Assembly: GCA_965250285.1 (NCBI GenBank)
Contig: OZ252299.1
Location: forward strand, 5,095,966-5,159,965
Source: Myxococcota bacterium
GTDB taxonomy: Bacteria > Myxococcota_A > UBA9160 > UBA4427
Direction of reading: 5' to 3'
Length of the DNA stretch: 64,000 nt
Positions 18,755 to 26,962 of the stretch are shown here, piece after piece (position 1 is the first letter of the stretch; each line of letters begins with the position of its first letter). The translations under genes and the position numbers were made by a program. The notes under the pieces were generated by a model that was not told where the DNA came from, searched no databases, and worked only from the letters and a program-made list of their open reading frames with translations.

Positions 18755-19408
18755 TCAGGCCCTGCTGCGTGCCGCGCGGCGGAGCACGACGGCGCCGACG
18801 CAGAAGAGAGCGAGGCCCGTGGGCTCCGGCACCGGCTGGGCACCGCCCGCCGAGGGGCCACCGTCGGTCTCGTACTCCCACTTCGCGAACGAGAAGTCGA
18901 CGACCGAGTCACCCTTGCGGCTGACCACGGCGACCTGAAGCTCGTCGCCGGCGTTGTGGAAGAACGCGGTGACGTCGCCCTCGAAGAGCGAGAACCAGGC
19001 GCTGCCGCGCTGCCAGAACTCGTCGTTCAGGGCGAGGCTCACCTTCTCCTTGCCGTCGAAGAACTGATCGTCGCGGATGCCGACGTACAGGTGCGCGCTC
19101 GTGACCGAGAGCACCGACATCGACGGCGTGAAGCTGTGCGTGTAGACGACGTAGTCGCGGCGGCCACTCAGGTAGCCGTCGCCCAGACCCTGCCCCTGGT
19201 AGATGTCACCGTTCAGGTAGAGGTCCATGGGGTCGTCGCCGATGTAGCCGGCTTCCATCGTCGCCCGCATGTCGCCGGGGAAGAGGAGGCTCTGGTCGGA
19301 CGTCAGCAGCTCGCCGTAGTACATCGTGCCGGCGAAGGCCGGGACGGCGAAGAGCACGACCATGGCGGCGGCGAGGACGTGCGCGAATCGGAGGTTCATC
19401 TTGTTCAT
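18755..19408 (-). CDS. Secreted PEP-CTERM sorting-domain protein
   Basis: Signal peptide MNKMNLRFAHVLAAAMVVLFAVPAFA. The C-terminus is VPEPTGLALFCVGAVVLRRAARSRA: a PEP motif, a TM helix and a basic tail. Confidence 0.75.
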   Translation of the reverse strand: MNKMNLRFAHVLAAAMVVLFAVPAFAGTMYYGELLTSDQSLLFPGDMRATMEAGYIGDDPMDLYLNGDIYQGQGLGDGYLSGRRDYVVYTHSFTPSMSVLSVTSAHLYVGIRDDQFFDGKEKVSLALNDEFWQRGSAWFSLFEGDVTAFFHNAGDELQVAVVSRKGDSVVDFSFAKWEYETDGGPSAGGAQPVPEPTGLALFCVGAVVLRRAARSRA

Positions 19409-19596
19409 GTCAGCTTCCCGGTGATTCAGCTTCGTGTGCGTGTGTCGACTGAAATCAAGCCCGTCGATTCAAGTCTTGCTCTCGTGGCCTCGAGTTCGGT
19501 CCCGGTCGTCGAAGTCTCCCGAAATTTCCCGGCGAGCCGCCGGAGGTCGGGTTTCTCCCACACCCCGATCCTACTACGTATTCTGGTGTTGCCACC

Positions 19597-19620
19597 GAAA
19601 AAAGCGTGATTTTTCTCACG
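19597..19620 (-). terminator. Weak hairpin plus U-tract downstream of the amidase gene
   Basis: The minus strand reads CGTGA-GAAAAA-TCACG followed by CTTTTTT. It lies about 110 nt after the amidase stop. Confidence 0.4.
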
Positions 19621-19728
19621 TTTCCGAACCGCTACACGTTCTTTATTCCGGCAGAATTGTGGGTGCCAACCCGAGGGGCAGAGGGGCCGAGACCGCCGTC
19701 GAGCAGGCTTCGTAGTGGATCCAAGGAG

Positions 19729-21165
19729 TTAGGGGGTAGACCTGCCGCCTACGGCTGCGCTGTCGGGCCAGTCGGCAAAGCAGTTGGTCTCGCGCTCGAA
19801 GATCCGGGCCGCACGAAGCACGAGGTCGTCGCGGTGCCGGGGGCCGACAATCTGCAGCCCGACCGGCAGGCCGGCGTTCGAGAGCCCGGCCCGCACCGTC
19901 GCGGCGGGATGCCACGACAGATTGAAGGGCATCGTGAAACTGCCGATGTTGGCGGCCGGCTGCCGTCGCCCCTCGATCTCGGCGGCGAATGGGCCGCGGG
20001 CGGGCGGCGCGTCGTACGGCACGGTGGGCGTCAGCAAGAAGTCGAACGTGTCGAACAGATCGCGGCACCACTCATTCAGGTCGGCCCGTCGTCGACGCAT
20101 GTGGCCCCAACGCTCCGCGTTCATCGCAGCGCCTCGCTTCACGCCCTCGATGAAGCTGCGACCGAAGTCGGCTTCGTGCTCGGGCAGCATCGGCTCGAGC
20201 TCGGCGAGCATCTCCCACGCGCCCGAGAAGAGCCAATCGGGCCCGGGCTCGGGCGGACCGCCTTCGATCTCTTCGACGACGTGCCCGTTGGTTTCGAAGA
20301 CCCGGGCTGCCTCGCGGACGCACTTGGCGAAGTCGCTCTGCACGACGGCGAAGCCGAGATCGGCCGAGAAGGCGAAGCGCAGTGGACGATCGAACGGCTC
20401 TTCGATGGTGTCGCGGTAGAGCAGGCCAGGATGAGGCAGCGATGCGGGATCGTCTGGATGCGCGCCGACGACGGCATCGAGGTGAAGCGCGGCGTCGCGC
20501 ACGCATCGCGTGAGTGGGCCATCGACCGACGTATCGTCCATGATCCAGAGCGGTTTCGGGCCGTGCGGAACCCGCCCGAGGCTGCCCTTCAAGCCGAAGC
20601 AGCCGGTGAGTGAGGCCGGGATGCGCACCGAGCCGCCGCCGTCGCTCGCGGTCGCGAGCGGCACGACGCCACCGGCGATGGCGGCCGATGCCCCGCCGCT
20701 CGAGCCGCCGGGTGTGCGCTCGAGATCCCATGGATTGCGGGTCTCGCCGAAGAGCACGTTCTTCGTGATCGCCGTGTAGCCGAACTCGGGCGTATTCGTC
20801 TTGCCGACGACGATCGCGCCCGCGGCCCGCAACCGTTCGACCTGAACCGAGTCGCGTTCGGCCCTGTGATCCTTGAACGGCACCGAGCCGTGCGTCGTCA
20901 CCATCCCGGCGACGTCTTCGAGATCCTTCACGCCCAGCGGCAGCCCCTCGAGCAGCCCGCCCTCTCCGCGCCGCCTTCGTTCGTCGGAGGCCTCCGCGTC
21001 TGCGATCACGGCGTCGGGGTCGCGGAGCGAGACGAAGGCATTGAGCGTGTCGTGCGTGGCATCGATGCGCTCGAGGGTCGCGCGCGCGAGCTCTGCGGCC
21101 GAGAGCGCACCGCGGTCCAAGCGGTCGAGAAGATCACTGATCGTGCACTGGAGGAGGTCGGTCAT
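19729..21165 (-). CDS. Amidase-signature family amidase
   Basis: Contains GLPLGVKD, GKTNTPEFG and GGSSGGASAAIAGG...DGGGSVRIPAS, the canonical AS sequence with the Ser-cisSer-Lys triad context. Confidence 0.9.
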   Translation of the reverse strand: MTDLLQCTISDLLDRLDRGALSAAELARATLERIDATHDTLNAFVSLRDPDAVIADAEASDERRRRGEGGLLEGLPLGVKDLEDVAGMVTTHGSVPFKDHRAERDSVQVERLRAAGAIVVGKTNTPEFGYTAITKNVLFGETRNPWDLERTPGGSSGGASAAIAGGVVPLATASDGGGSVRIPASLTGCFGLKGSLGRVPHGPKPLWIMDDTSVDGPLTRCVRDAALHLDAVVGAHPDDPASLPHPGLLYRDTIEEPFDRPLRFAFSADLGFAVVQSDFAKCVREAARVFETNGHVVEEIEGGPPEPGPDWLFSGAWEMLAELEPMLPEHEADFGRSFIEGVKRGAAMNAERWGHMRRRRADLNEWCRDLFDTFDFLLTPTVPYDAPPARGPFAAEIEGRRQPAANIGSFTMPFNLSWHPAATVRAGLSNAGLPVGLQIVGPRHRDDLVLRAARIFERETNCFADWPDSAAVGGRSTP

Positions 21166-21343
21166 GGGGGCTCTCCTTGCGCCGCGTGCCGGACGCCGGG
21201 TGGCTGGACGGTCGCCATGTGGCCGGGTGACCTCTCGCGTCTTCCGGTCGCCGCGCTTCGCCAGGTCACCCTATCAGGGCTCGACGCCGTTGCGAAGCCG
21301 GGTGCGGCGCGTGGAACGCCCCCCCCCTGCGAGCGCGCGGCGC

Positions 21344-22177
21344 CTACGCGGGATCGCTGCGCCGGGGCAGCGCGTCGACGAAGTCGTCGATGGCCGCCGC
21401 GAGCGCCTCGGGGGTGTCGAGCAGCACGTGGTGGCCCGCGCCCGCGATCTCGCAGAGCCGGGCGCCGGGGATCTCTTCGACGAGCTTCTCGGCGCCTTCG
21501 CGTGACAGGATCCCGCTCTCCCCGCCGCGCACCACGAGGGTCGGGCAGGCGATCTGGGCGGGGTCGGGTCGATCGCGCGGGGGCAGGGCGAACCAGGCCG
21601 GGTCGAACTTGTAGCCGTAGCGCCCGTCTTCCTCTTCGCGCACCGAGGCGGTCGCGATGGCCACGCGGAGCGCCTCGCTGCAGTGGTCGCTCGGGGGCAG
21701 GAACCGGAAGCGGTCGATCGCCTCTTCTCGCGAGCGATACGAGCGCTTGAGTCGCAGCGCCAGATGAGCCCTTCGCTTCGAACGAGGCCGGCCGCCGCGC
21801 GCGGGGTCGATCAGCACCGCTGCGCGCGTCTCGGGGTGCCGCGAGACGTGGTCGAGGGTGACGTGCGCTCCCATCGAGTGACCGACCAGAACGACGTCCC
21901 GCGCACCGATCCAGTCGAGCAGGGCCTCGAGATCGTCCTGAAACGCCCCCGCTTCGTGCTCCTCGGGATGTTCCGAGTCGCCGTGGCCACGAAAGTCGAG
22001 GGCCCAGACGCGGAATCGATCGGCGAAACGGGGCGCGAGATGATCCCACCAGTGTGCGTTTGCACCGCCCCCATGCAGCAACACCATCGGCGGAGACGCC
22101 GGGTCGCCCCAGGCACGAAGATGCAGCTCGACGCCGCCGAGCGCATCGGTGGTGAAGTGCTCGTCGATGGGTTCCAT
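21344..22177 (-). CDS. Alpha/beta-fold hydrolase
   Basis: Contains LLHGGGANAHWWDHLAPRF, DFRGHGDSE, nucleophile elbow GHSMGA and a C-terminal GAGHHV. The start is set at MEPIDEHF; the track start at 22222 is a GTG alternative. Confidence 0.8.
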   Translation of the reverse strand: MEPIDEHFTTDALGGVELHLRAWGDPASPPMVLLHGGGANAHWWDHLAPRFADRFRVWALDFRGHGDSEHPEEHEAGAFQDDLEALLDWIGARDVVLVGHSMGAHVTLDHVSRHPETRAAVLIDPARGGRPRSKRRAHLALRLKRSYRSREEAIDRFRFLPPSDHCSEALRVAIATASVREEEDGRYGYKFDPAWFALPPRDRPDPAQIACPTLVVRGGESGILSREGAEKLVEEIPGARLCEIAGAGHHVLLDTPEALAAAIDDFVDALPRRSDPA

Positions 22178-22486
22178 GCAGCCAAGGCTAGCAACGTGAT
22201 CGCCGGCACCGAATCGGGACACGGGCGGCGCCGATCAAAAAAGCGTTTTGCTGATACGAGCTTGCACCGAATCCCCGCAGTAGAGCACGAATGTCGAGAT
22301 GGCCGAAATCGACCGCCTCGCGGCTTCTCGCGGCCGATCTCGACACCCTCCGAGCGTCGACGGCGCAGACGTTCGCGAACGCTGAATTCGAGATCGGCCG
22401 CGCGAGGCCCGCTAGCCCCCCGAATCCGGGGGTCTTGGGGAACGGCCGAATTCGGCACTTTCACGCCCTCTCGATGCGTTTTCCGA

Positions 22487-22514
22487 TTGACGACCCCCGC
22501 AGAACCCTTAATAT
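22487..22514 (+). promoter_or_regulatory. Near-consensus sigma-70-type promoter of the histone-fold gene
   Basis: TTGACG (22487-22492), a 16-nt spacer, then TAATAT (22509-22514). This implies a 5' leader of about 120 nt before ATG 22640. Confidence 0.55.
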
Positions 22515-22639
22515 CGGCGCGAATCGGGGTGCAGAAGGCATCTCGGTGGATTCAAACGAATTCGTCTTTTGGGGGATACGACGACCTCGGTCACTGCGAC
22601 GAACGCAGGGCACGCAGGTCTTCGTTCAAGGGAGGGAAC

Positions 22640-22852
22640 ATGGCAGCCCGCAAGAAGAAGAAGGCCGCACGCCGCGGCAAGCCCGTCGAGCTCATCATCT
22701 CGAAGTCGCGCACCAAGGGTGCCGTCAAGAAGTGCAACGTCGGCGGTGACTTCTACGAAGCGCTCGACAAGGCGGTTCGCGAGCTGATCAAGGACGCCGA
22801 AGCGCGCGCCGTCGGCAACAAGCGCAAGACGCTGAAGGCCGTCGACCTCTAG
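22640..22852 (+). CDS. Bacterial histone-fold DNA-binding protein (HMf/Bd0055-like singlet) with a basic N-terminal tail
   Basis: 70 aa: MAARKKKKAARRGKPVELIISKSRTKGAVKKCNVGGDFYEALDKAVRELIKDAEARAVGNKRKTLKAVDL. The C-terminal G-x-KRKT-LKAVDL matches the archaeal histone GRKTIKAEDI loop2/alpha3 signature. A GGAGGG Shine-Dalgarno sits 4 nt upstream. It is embedded in a 389-aa shadow ORF in the track. Confidence 0.7.
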   Translation: MAARKKKKAARRGKPVELIISKSRTKGAVKKCNVGGDFYEALDKAVRELIKDAEARAVGNKRKTLKAVDL

Positions 22853-22928
22853 GTCGAATCTGCCGGCACGCGGCGCTCGTCGAGCGTCCGCAGAACGTCC
22901 GAGAGAATGTGAGAACGCAAGAATGAAT

Positions 22929-22968
22929 GAAGGGCTCGCCAGCATCGCTGGCGGGCCCTTCTTCATTT
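22929..22968 (+). terminator. Rho-independent terminator after the histone-fold gene
   Basis: GAAGGGCTCGCCAGC-ATC-GCTGGCGGGCCCTTC forms a 15-bp stem with 1 mismatch, followed by TTCATTT. Confidence 0.7.
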
Positions 22969-23072
22969 CGGGGCTGGCTCCGGCGCTCGAATCGTGCGGG
23001 GCGAGCGCCCAGCTTGCCTGACATCGAACGAGTCGACGCAGGCGCCGCGGTCGTGCACCTCGGCGCCCAGAG

Positions 23073-24755
23073 TCAGTCGGGCTGCAGCTCGAGCTGACTG
23101 CCCGCGGTCAACGTCAGCTCGACCCGACTGGGTCGTTGCGCAGACGTGACCACCCATTGCTTCGAGACGACCGGCTCGTCGTCGTCGAGCGTCGGCGGCC
23201 GGGCGCGCGCGAACCGCGGGCAGTGGGCGGGCGCGACGTGAATGCGCACGCGGTGGCCCGCGCGAAACCGCCACGTGCGGTGCCCGAGCGAGACGACGAG
23301 CTCATGTGGCTCGTCCTTCTGTGGCTCGTCCTTCGGTGTCGCGACGTCGTCGAGCCGCGCGAGGCCATCGCCAACTTCGAGGAGCGAGCCCCGCGGCGCG
23401 GCGTCGATCAGGTGCACCGCAAAGTCGGCCGGCGCTTGATCGGCGCCAACGAAGAGTCGCGCGACGACGGGGCCAGCCAGGACGACATCGCGCGCAAGGG
23501 GCGCGCTCTCGAGCACCGCGACGTCATCGCGCAGGGCGAGTCGCCCCTGATCCTTCGAACCGGCCTTCCAGCCGAAGAGCGCGCCGCCGATCGTGGGGGT
23601 CGGGTCGCTCGGGTCGTACTCGATCTCGACGCGTCCCGCGGCAGTGGCGGGCGCGGACACGAGGCGTGCCCGGTCGGTGCTCGCATCGAGATGGAGTGCG
23701 GCGGTGTGAGCGTCGGCGGGTGGCCAGGTCGGGCTGTCGCGCCACTCGCCGCGAGCACCGGGGTCGCAGACGAAGAATCGCACCGCGGGTGCGACGTTCG
23801 AGGGCGTGCGCTCGGCGAGGTGGGTGTCGAGATGCTCGACGATGCGACCGAGTGAACGTCGCTGCAGGCCGTCACGAAAGAAGCGGCGATGGGCGACCGG
23901 ACCATGGCACCACGGACCGAGCAGCAGCTGCGGCGCCGCGCCGAGACCGGCGGCCGCCTGCGCGGTGAGCGCTGCGTGATCGTCGAGCTGGGGCTCGAGG
24001 AAGAAATCCCAGTAGCCGCCGATCAAGAGCGTCGGGGGCGCGCGCTCGGGGAGCGGCGCCTGCACGCGGTCCCAATAGTCGTCTCGCTTCGGGCGATCGA
24101 CCCAGGTGCGGTAGAAGTCGACCTCGCAGCGCGCGACGCGGTCGGCCTCGCGAACCGGCTCGAAGTCGAAGGCCCGGTCGAGGTCGAGCTGGCGCGCGTC
24201 GACGCCTTCGCGCCGACCGACGCCGGCCGCCCACTCGACGGCGTTGGCGAACGAGAACACGCCGTGCGGATAGAAGAGGGGGTAGAGATCGCTGCTGCCG
24301 ATGGCGATCGCGAGGGCGCCGACGCGACCCGGGCGCAGCGCCGTCGCCGCCCAGGCACAGTGGGCGAGGTAGCTCGCACCGACGAGGCCGACCGGTCCAT
24401 CGCTCCAGCTCTGGGTTTCGAGCCAGTCGAGCGTGGCGGCGCCGTCTTCGGCCTCGTTCACGAAGGGCTCGAACTCGCCCTCGCTGGCGTAGCGGCCGCG
24501 CACGTCCTGCAGCACGACGTGAAAGCCATACTCGGCGAGCAGTCGGCCGAGCCAGACGAGCGTCGGCGGACGAATCCAGGTGCCGTACGGCGAACGCAGC
24601 ACGACCGTGGGCGCGCGCCCTTCGATGCCGATCGGCCACACGTGTGTCGTGGCCAGTCGGACGCCATCGGGCAGCTCGACGGCGATCGACTCGACGTCGC
24701 TTCGACACCGGGGCCGCGGCAGCCCGAGGACGCGGCGCATCCAGCGGTGGATCAT
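23073..24755 (-). CDS. CocE/NonD-family (S15 X-Pro dipeptidyl-peptidase-like) hydrolase
   Basis: Contains VVLRSPYG, FHVVLQDVRGRYASEGEF, DGAATLDWL and GLVGASYLA (nucleophile Ser context), plus a C-terminal beta-sandwich-like region. The start MIHRW (24755) overlaps the upstream gene's stop as ATGA. Confidence 0.8.
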   Translation of the reverse strand: MIHRWMRRVLGLPRPRCRSDVESIAVELPDGVRLATTHVWPIGIEGRAPTVVLRSPYGTWIRPPTLVWLGRLLAEYGFHVVLQDVRGRYASEGEFEPFVNEAEDGAATLDWLETQSWSDGPVGLVGASYLAHCAWAATALRPGRVGALAIAIGSSDLYPLFYPHGVFSFANAVEWAAGVGRREGVDARQLDLDRAFDFEPVREADRVARCEVDFYRTWVDRPKRDDYWDRVQAPLPERAPPTLLIGGYWDFFLEPQLDDHAALTAQAAAGLGAAPQLLLGPWCHGPVAHRRFFRDGLQRRSLGRIVEHLDTHLAERTPSNVAPAVRFFVCDPGARGEWRDSPTWPPADAHTAALHLDASTDRARLVSAPATAAGRVEIEYDPSDPTPTIGGALFGWKAGSKDQGRLALRDDVAVLESAPLARDVVLAGPVVARLFVGADQAPADFAVHLIDAAPRGSLLEVGDGLARLDDVATPKDEPQKDEPHELVVSLGHRTWRFRAGHRVRIHVAPAHCPRFARARPPTLDDDEPVVSKQWVVTSAQRPSRVELTLTAGSQLELQPD

Positions 24756-25963
24756 GCGTCGGTCGACGGCGCACCGTCTTCGCTGTCGTCGGTTTCGTCG
24801 TCGTCCACAGCGATCGGGCGCGGGCGTTCGTTCTCGTCGGATACGTTGACGCCGACGCGAAAGAGTCGCTCGAGCGATACCCGCCGCAGCAGATCGGCGG
24901 CGGGCATCGACGTGATGCGCGCGATCTCTTCGAGACCGAGCGATGCGACGCGGGCCGCCTTCTCGATGGTCGAGGGCAGGGTCTCGGCGTCGCTCAGCTC
25001 GAGGCGATCGGCCACGGCGACGCGGTTCGCCAGCGCGATGAAGGCGTAGAAGAAGCCCTGCCGCTCGTCGACGTCGAGCTCGGCCACGGTGCGGAACAGC
25101 AGCGAGCCCGCCTGCGCGCTCGCGGGCAGGTCGGTGATCCAGACCGGCATCGCCCAGCGCTCGAGGTCGAGCGCCGACGCGTCGACCGGCAGGTCGCCGA
25201 AGCGGTCGCTGCGCAGGAAGCCATAGATGCGCATCGACTCGTCCCAGCTGGGGAAGCCGAGATCTTCGAGCCGGCCGGTGCGCCAGCGCAGCGACCACTC
25301 CTCGAGATCGAAGGGCAGCTCGTGCTCGGCGGCCTGCAGCAGTCGGAAGTACAGCCAGTAGTCGTGCTGGAAGAGCGTGCGCAGCATCGCGAGCAGGGGC
25401 TCGAGATCGTCGTTCTCATCGCGCGCGACGATGTAGAACTGCCCGTCGATCGTCTGGCCGCCTTCGGGTGCCTGCCAGTCGTCGTCGGTGCCGGCCGGCT
25501 TGAGGTCGACCGTCACGTGGTGCTTCACGTAGAGCGCGATCAGCTCGCTGTCGATCGCGCGGGCGGAGCGCAGGATCGTCTCGGACCCCGCTTCGGCGAG
25601 ACTCGCAAACCACAAGTCGAGCCTGGCCGGGCTCGGCCGCAGGTCTTCGAAGGCATCGAGGTCGACACAGGCCACGATCTGATGCTCGGTCGCGTGACTC
25701 AGCAGCCACGCCGCATCCTCGACGCCGATCGCCTTGCAGGTGAAGCACAGCTCGGCTTCGGGCAGCAGCGGGACGATCTGCTCGGGGTGCGAGACGAGAT
25801 CGAGGAGCGCGCGGCGCTGCGCGATCGGTGCCTCGCACACGACCGCGGCCTGCGCCTCGGCCTCGAGGTCGTCGAGCAGCGTGCGGGCCGCCGCACGGTC
25901 TTCGCGCGCGAGCTTCAGCAGCGCGCGCACGTCGGGCAGGAGTGTGTCGGGAGCATTGGACAT
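24752..25963 (-). CDS. Conserved hypothetical protein with an acidic C-terminal tail
   Basis: 403 aa from MSNAPDTLLPDV (ATG 25963). Strong GC3 bias. Helical-repeat-like N-terminus. No motif I can name with confidence. Translationally coupled to the CocE/NonD gene. Confidence 0.6.
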   Translation of the reverse strand: MSNAPDTLLPDVRALLKLAREDRAAARTLLDDLEAEAQAAVVCEAPIAQRRALLDLVSHPEQIVPLLPEAELCFTCKAIGVEDAAWLLSHATEHQIVACVDLDAFEDLRPSPARLDLWFASLAEAGSETILRSARAIDSELIALYVKHHVTVDLKPAGTDDDWQAPEGGQTIDGQFYIVARDENDDLEPLLAMLRTLFQHDYWLYFRLLQAAEHELPFDLEEWSLRWRTGRLEDLGFPSWDESMRIYGFLRSDRFGDLPVDASALDLERWAMPVWITDLPASAQAGSLLFRTVAELDVDERQGFFYAFIALANRVAVADRLELSDAETLPSTIEKAARVASLGLEEIARITSMPAADLLRRVSLERLFRVGVNVSDENERPRPIAVDDDETDDSEDGAPSTDA

Positions 25964-26081
25964 GGCGGGCCCTTCAAGATGCCGAAAACCACGCGGAGGT
26001 GCCCCTGCGTCCGAATCGCCGGCCGTCGCGCCCGCCAGCGCCACCAGGACGTCGTGGGCCCCGCGCTATGGTCGATGGGCG

Positions 26082-26720
26082 ATGATCGAGATGGATGACA
26101 TCCGAAGACGCCTGGCGGACTTCGACTCGGAGGAGATCGACACGACCGGTCGGCGCCAGGCGGGCGTAGCGCTGATCCTGCGTGAGCGCGACGCCGGCCC
26201 CGAGGTGCTCTTCATCGAGCGGGCGCGGCGGGCCGGCGATCCATGGTCGGGACACATGGCGTTTCCCGGCGGCCGGCTCGAGCCCCAGGATGAGCACATC
26301 CGGGCGACGGCAGAGCGCGAGACCACCGAGGAGATCGGGCTCTCGCTCGAGACGGCCGATCATCTGGGCCATTTGGGCGACGTGCTCGGCAATCCCCGGG
26401 TCCAGACCGATCTGGTGATCAGCGCCCACGTCTACCAGGTCGAGCCCGAGGTGCCGCCGCTCGTACTCGAGGCGAGCGAGGTCGCCGCGGCGCTGTGGTT
26501 TCCCGTGGCCGATCTGCATGATCCGGCCCGCCACGTGCACTTCGCGACGCCGCCGCTCGAGCGCTTACGTTTTCCGGGGATCGAGGTCGGTGTGCCCGAG
26601 CGGCAGGTCGTCTGGGGCCTGACTTACCGATTTCTCGACATCTTCTTCGATGCGCTCGGTCGACCTCTCCCCGATCGCTGGGGCGAATTGAACCGCCGCC
26701 AGGAGCGGTTTCGGTCGTAG
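26082..26720 (+). CDS. NUDIX hydrolase, CoA pyrophosphatase-like
   Basis: Nudix box GGRLEPQDEHIRATAERETTEEIGL, preceded by LFIERARRAGDPWSGHMAFPGG, which resembles the CoA-diphosphatase upstream motif. The start is at MIEMDD (ATG 26082). Confidence 0.85.
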   Translation: MIEMDDIRRRLADFDSEEIDTTGRRQAGVALILRERDAGPEVLFIERARRAGDPWSGHMAFPGGRLEPQDEHIRATAERETTEEIGLSLETADHLGHLGDVLGNPRVQTDLVISAHVYQVEPEVPPLVLEASEVAAALWFPVADLHDPARHVHFATPPLERLRFPGIEVGVPERQVVWGLTYRFLDIFFDALGRPLPDRWGELNRRQERFRS

Positions 26721-26955
26721 GGCCGCGGATGCTCGGCGTGGCCCGCGACGCTTTTCTTGGGCCGCGGCTCTTCTCTTGGGCCGCGACGCTTCGTGTGGCC
26801 CGCGGCGCTTTTCTTGGGCCGCGGCGCTTCGTGTGGCCCGCCGCGATTTCTTTGGGCCCGCGGCGCTTCGTGTGGCCCGCCGCGATTTCTTTGGGCCCGC
26901 GGTGCTTCGTGTGGCGCGCGGCGGTTTCTTTGGGCCCGCGGTGCTTCGACGCGGG
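26721..26955. repeat. About six copies of a ~39-bp tandem repeat (alternating 19/20-bp half-units) filling a convergent intergenic gap
   Basis: GCGGCGCTTC landmarks at 26821, 26860, 26899 and 26938 give a 39-nt period. Half-units alternate GCCCGCGGCGCTTCGTGTG and GCCCGCCGCGATTTCTTTGG. The array starts 1 nt after the Nudix stop and ends 8 nt before the YhhN stop. Confidence 0.9.
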
Positions 26956-26962
26956 GGTGGCC

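Noticed and set aside
23306-23334. 15-bp in-frame tandem duplication (GTGGCTCGTCCTTC x2) inside the CocE/NonD gene
   Set aside because: It only duplicates five residues (KDEPQ/KDEPH) in a surface-like acidic linker. Noted for completeness, but there is no evidence of functional significance.
26721-26955. Possibility that the 39-bp array, or the 43-bp arrays, is a CRISPR locus
   Set aside because: The units are contiguous with no unique spacers, the period is too short, and no cas genes are nearby.
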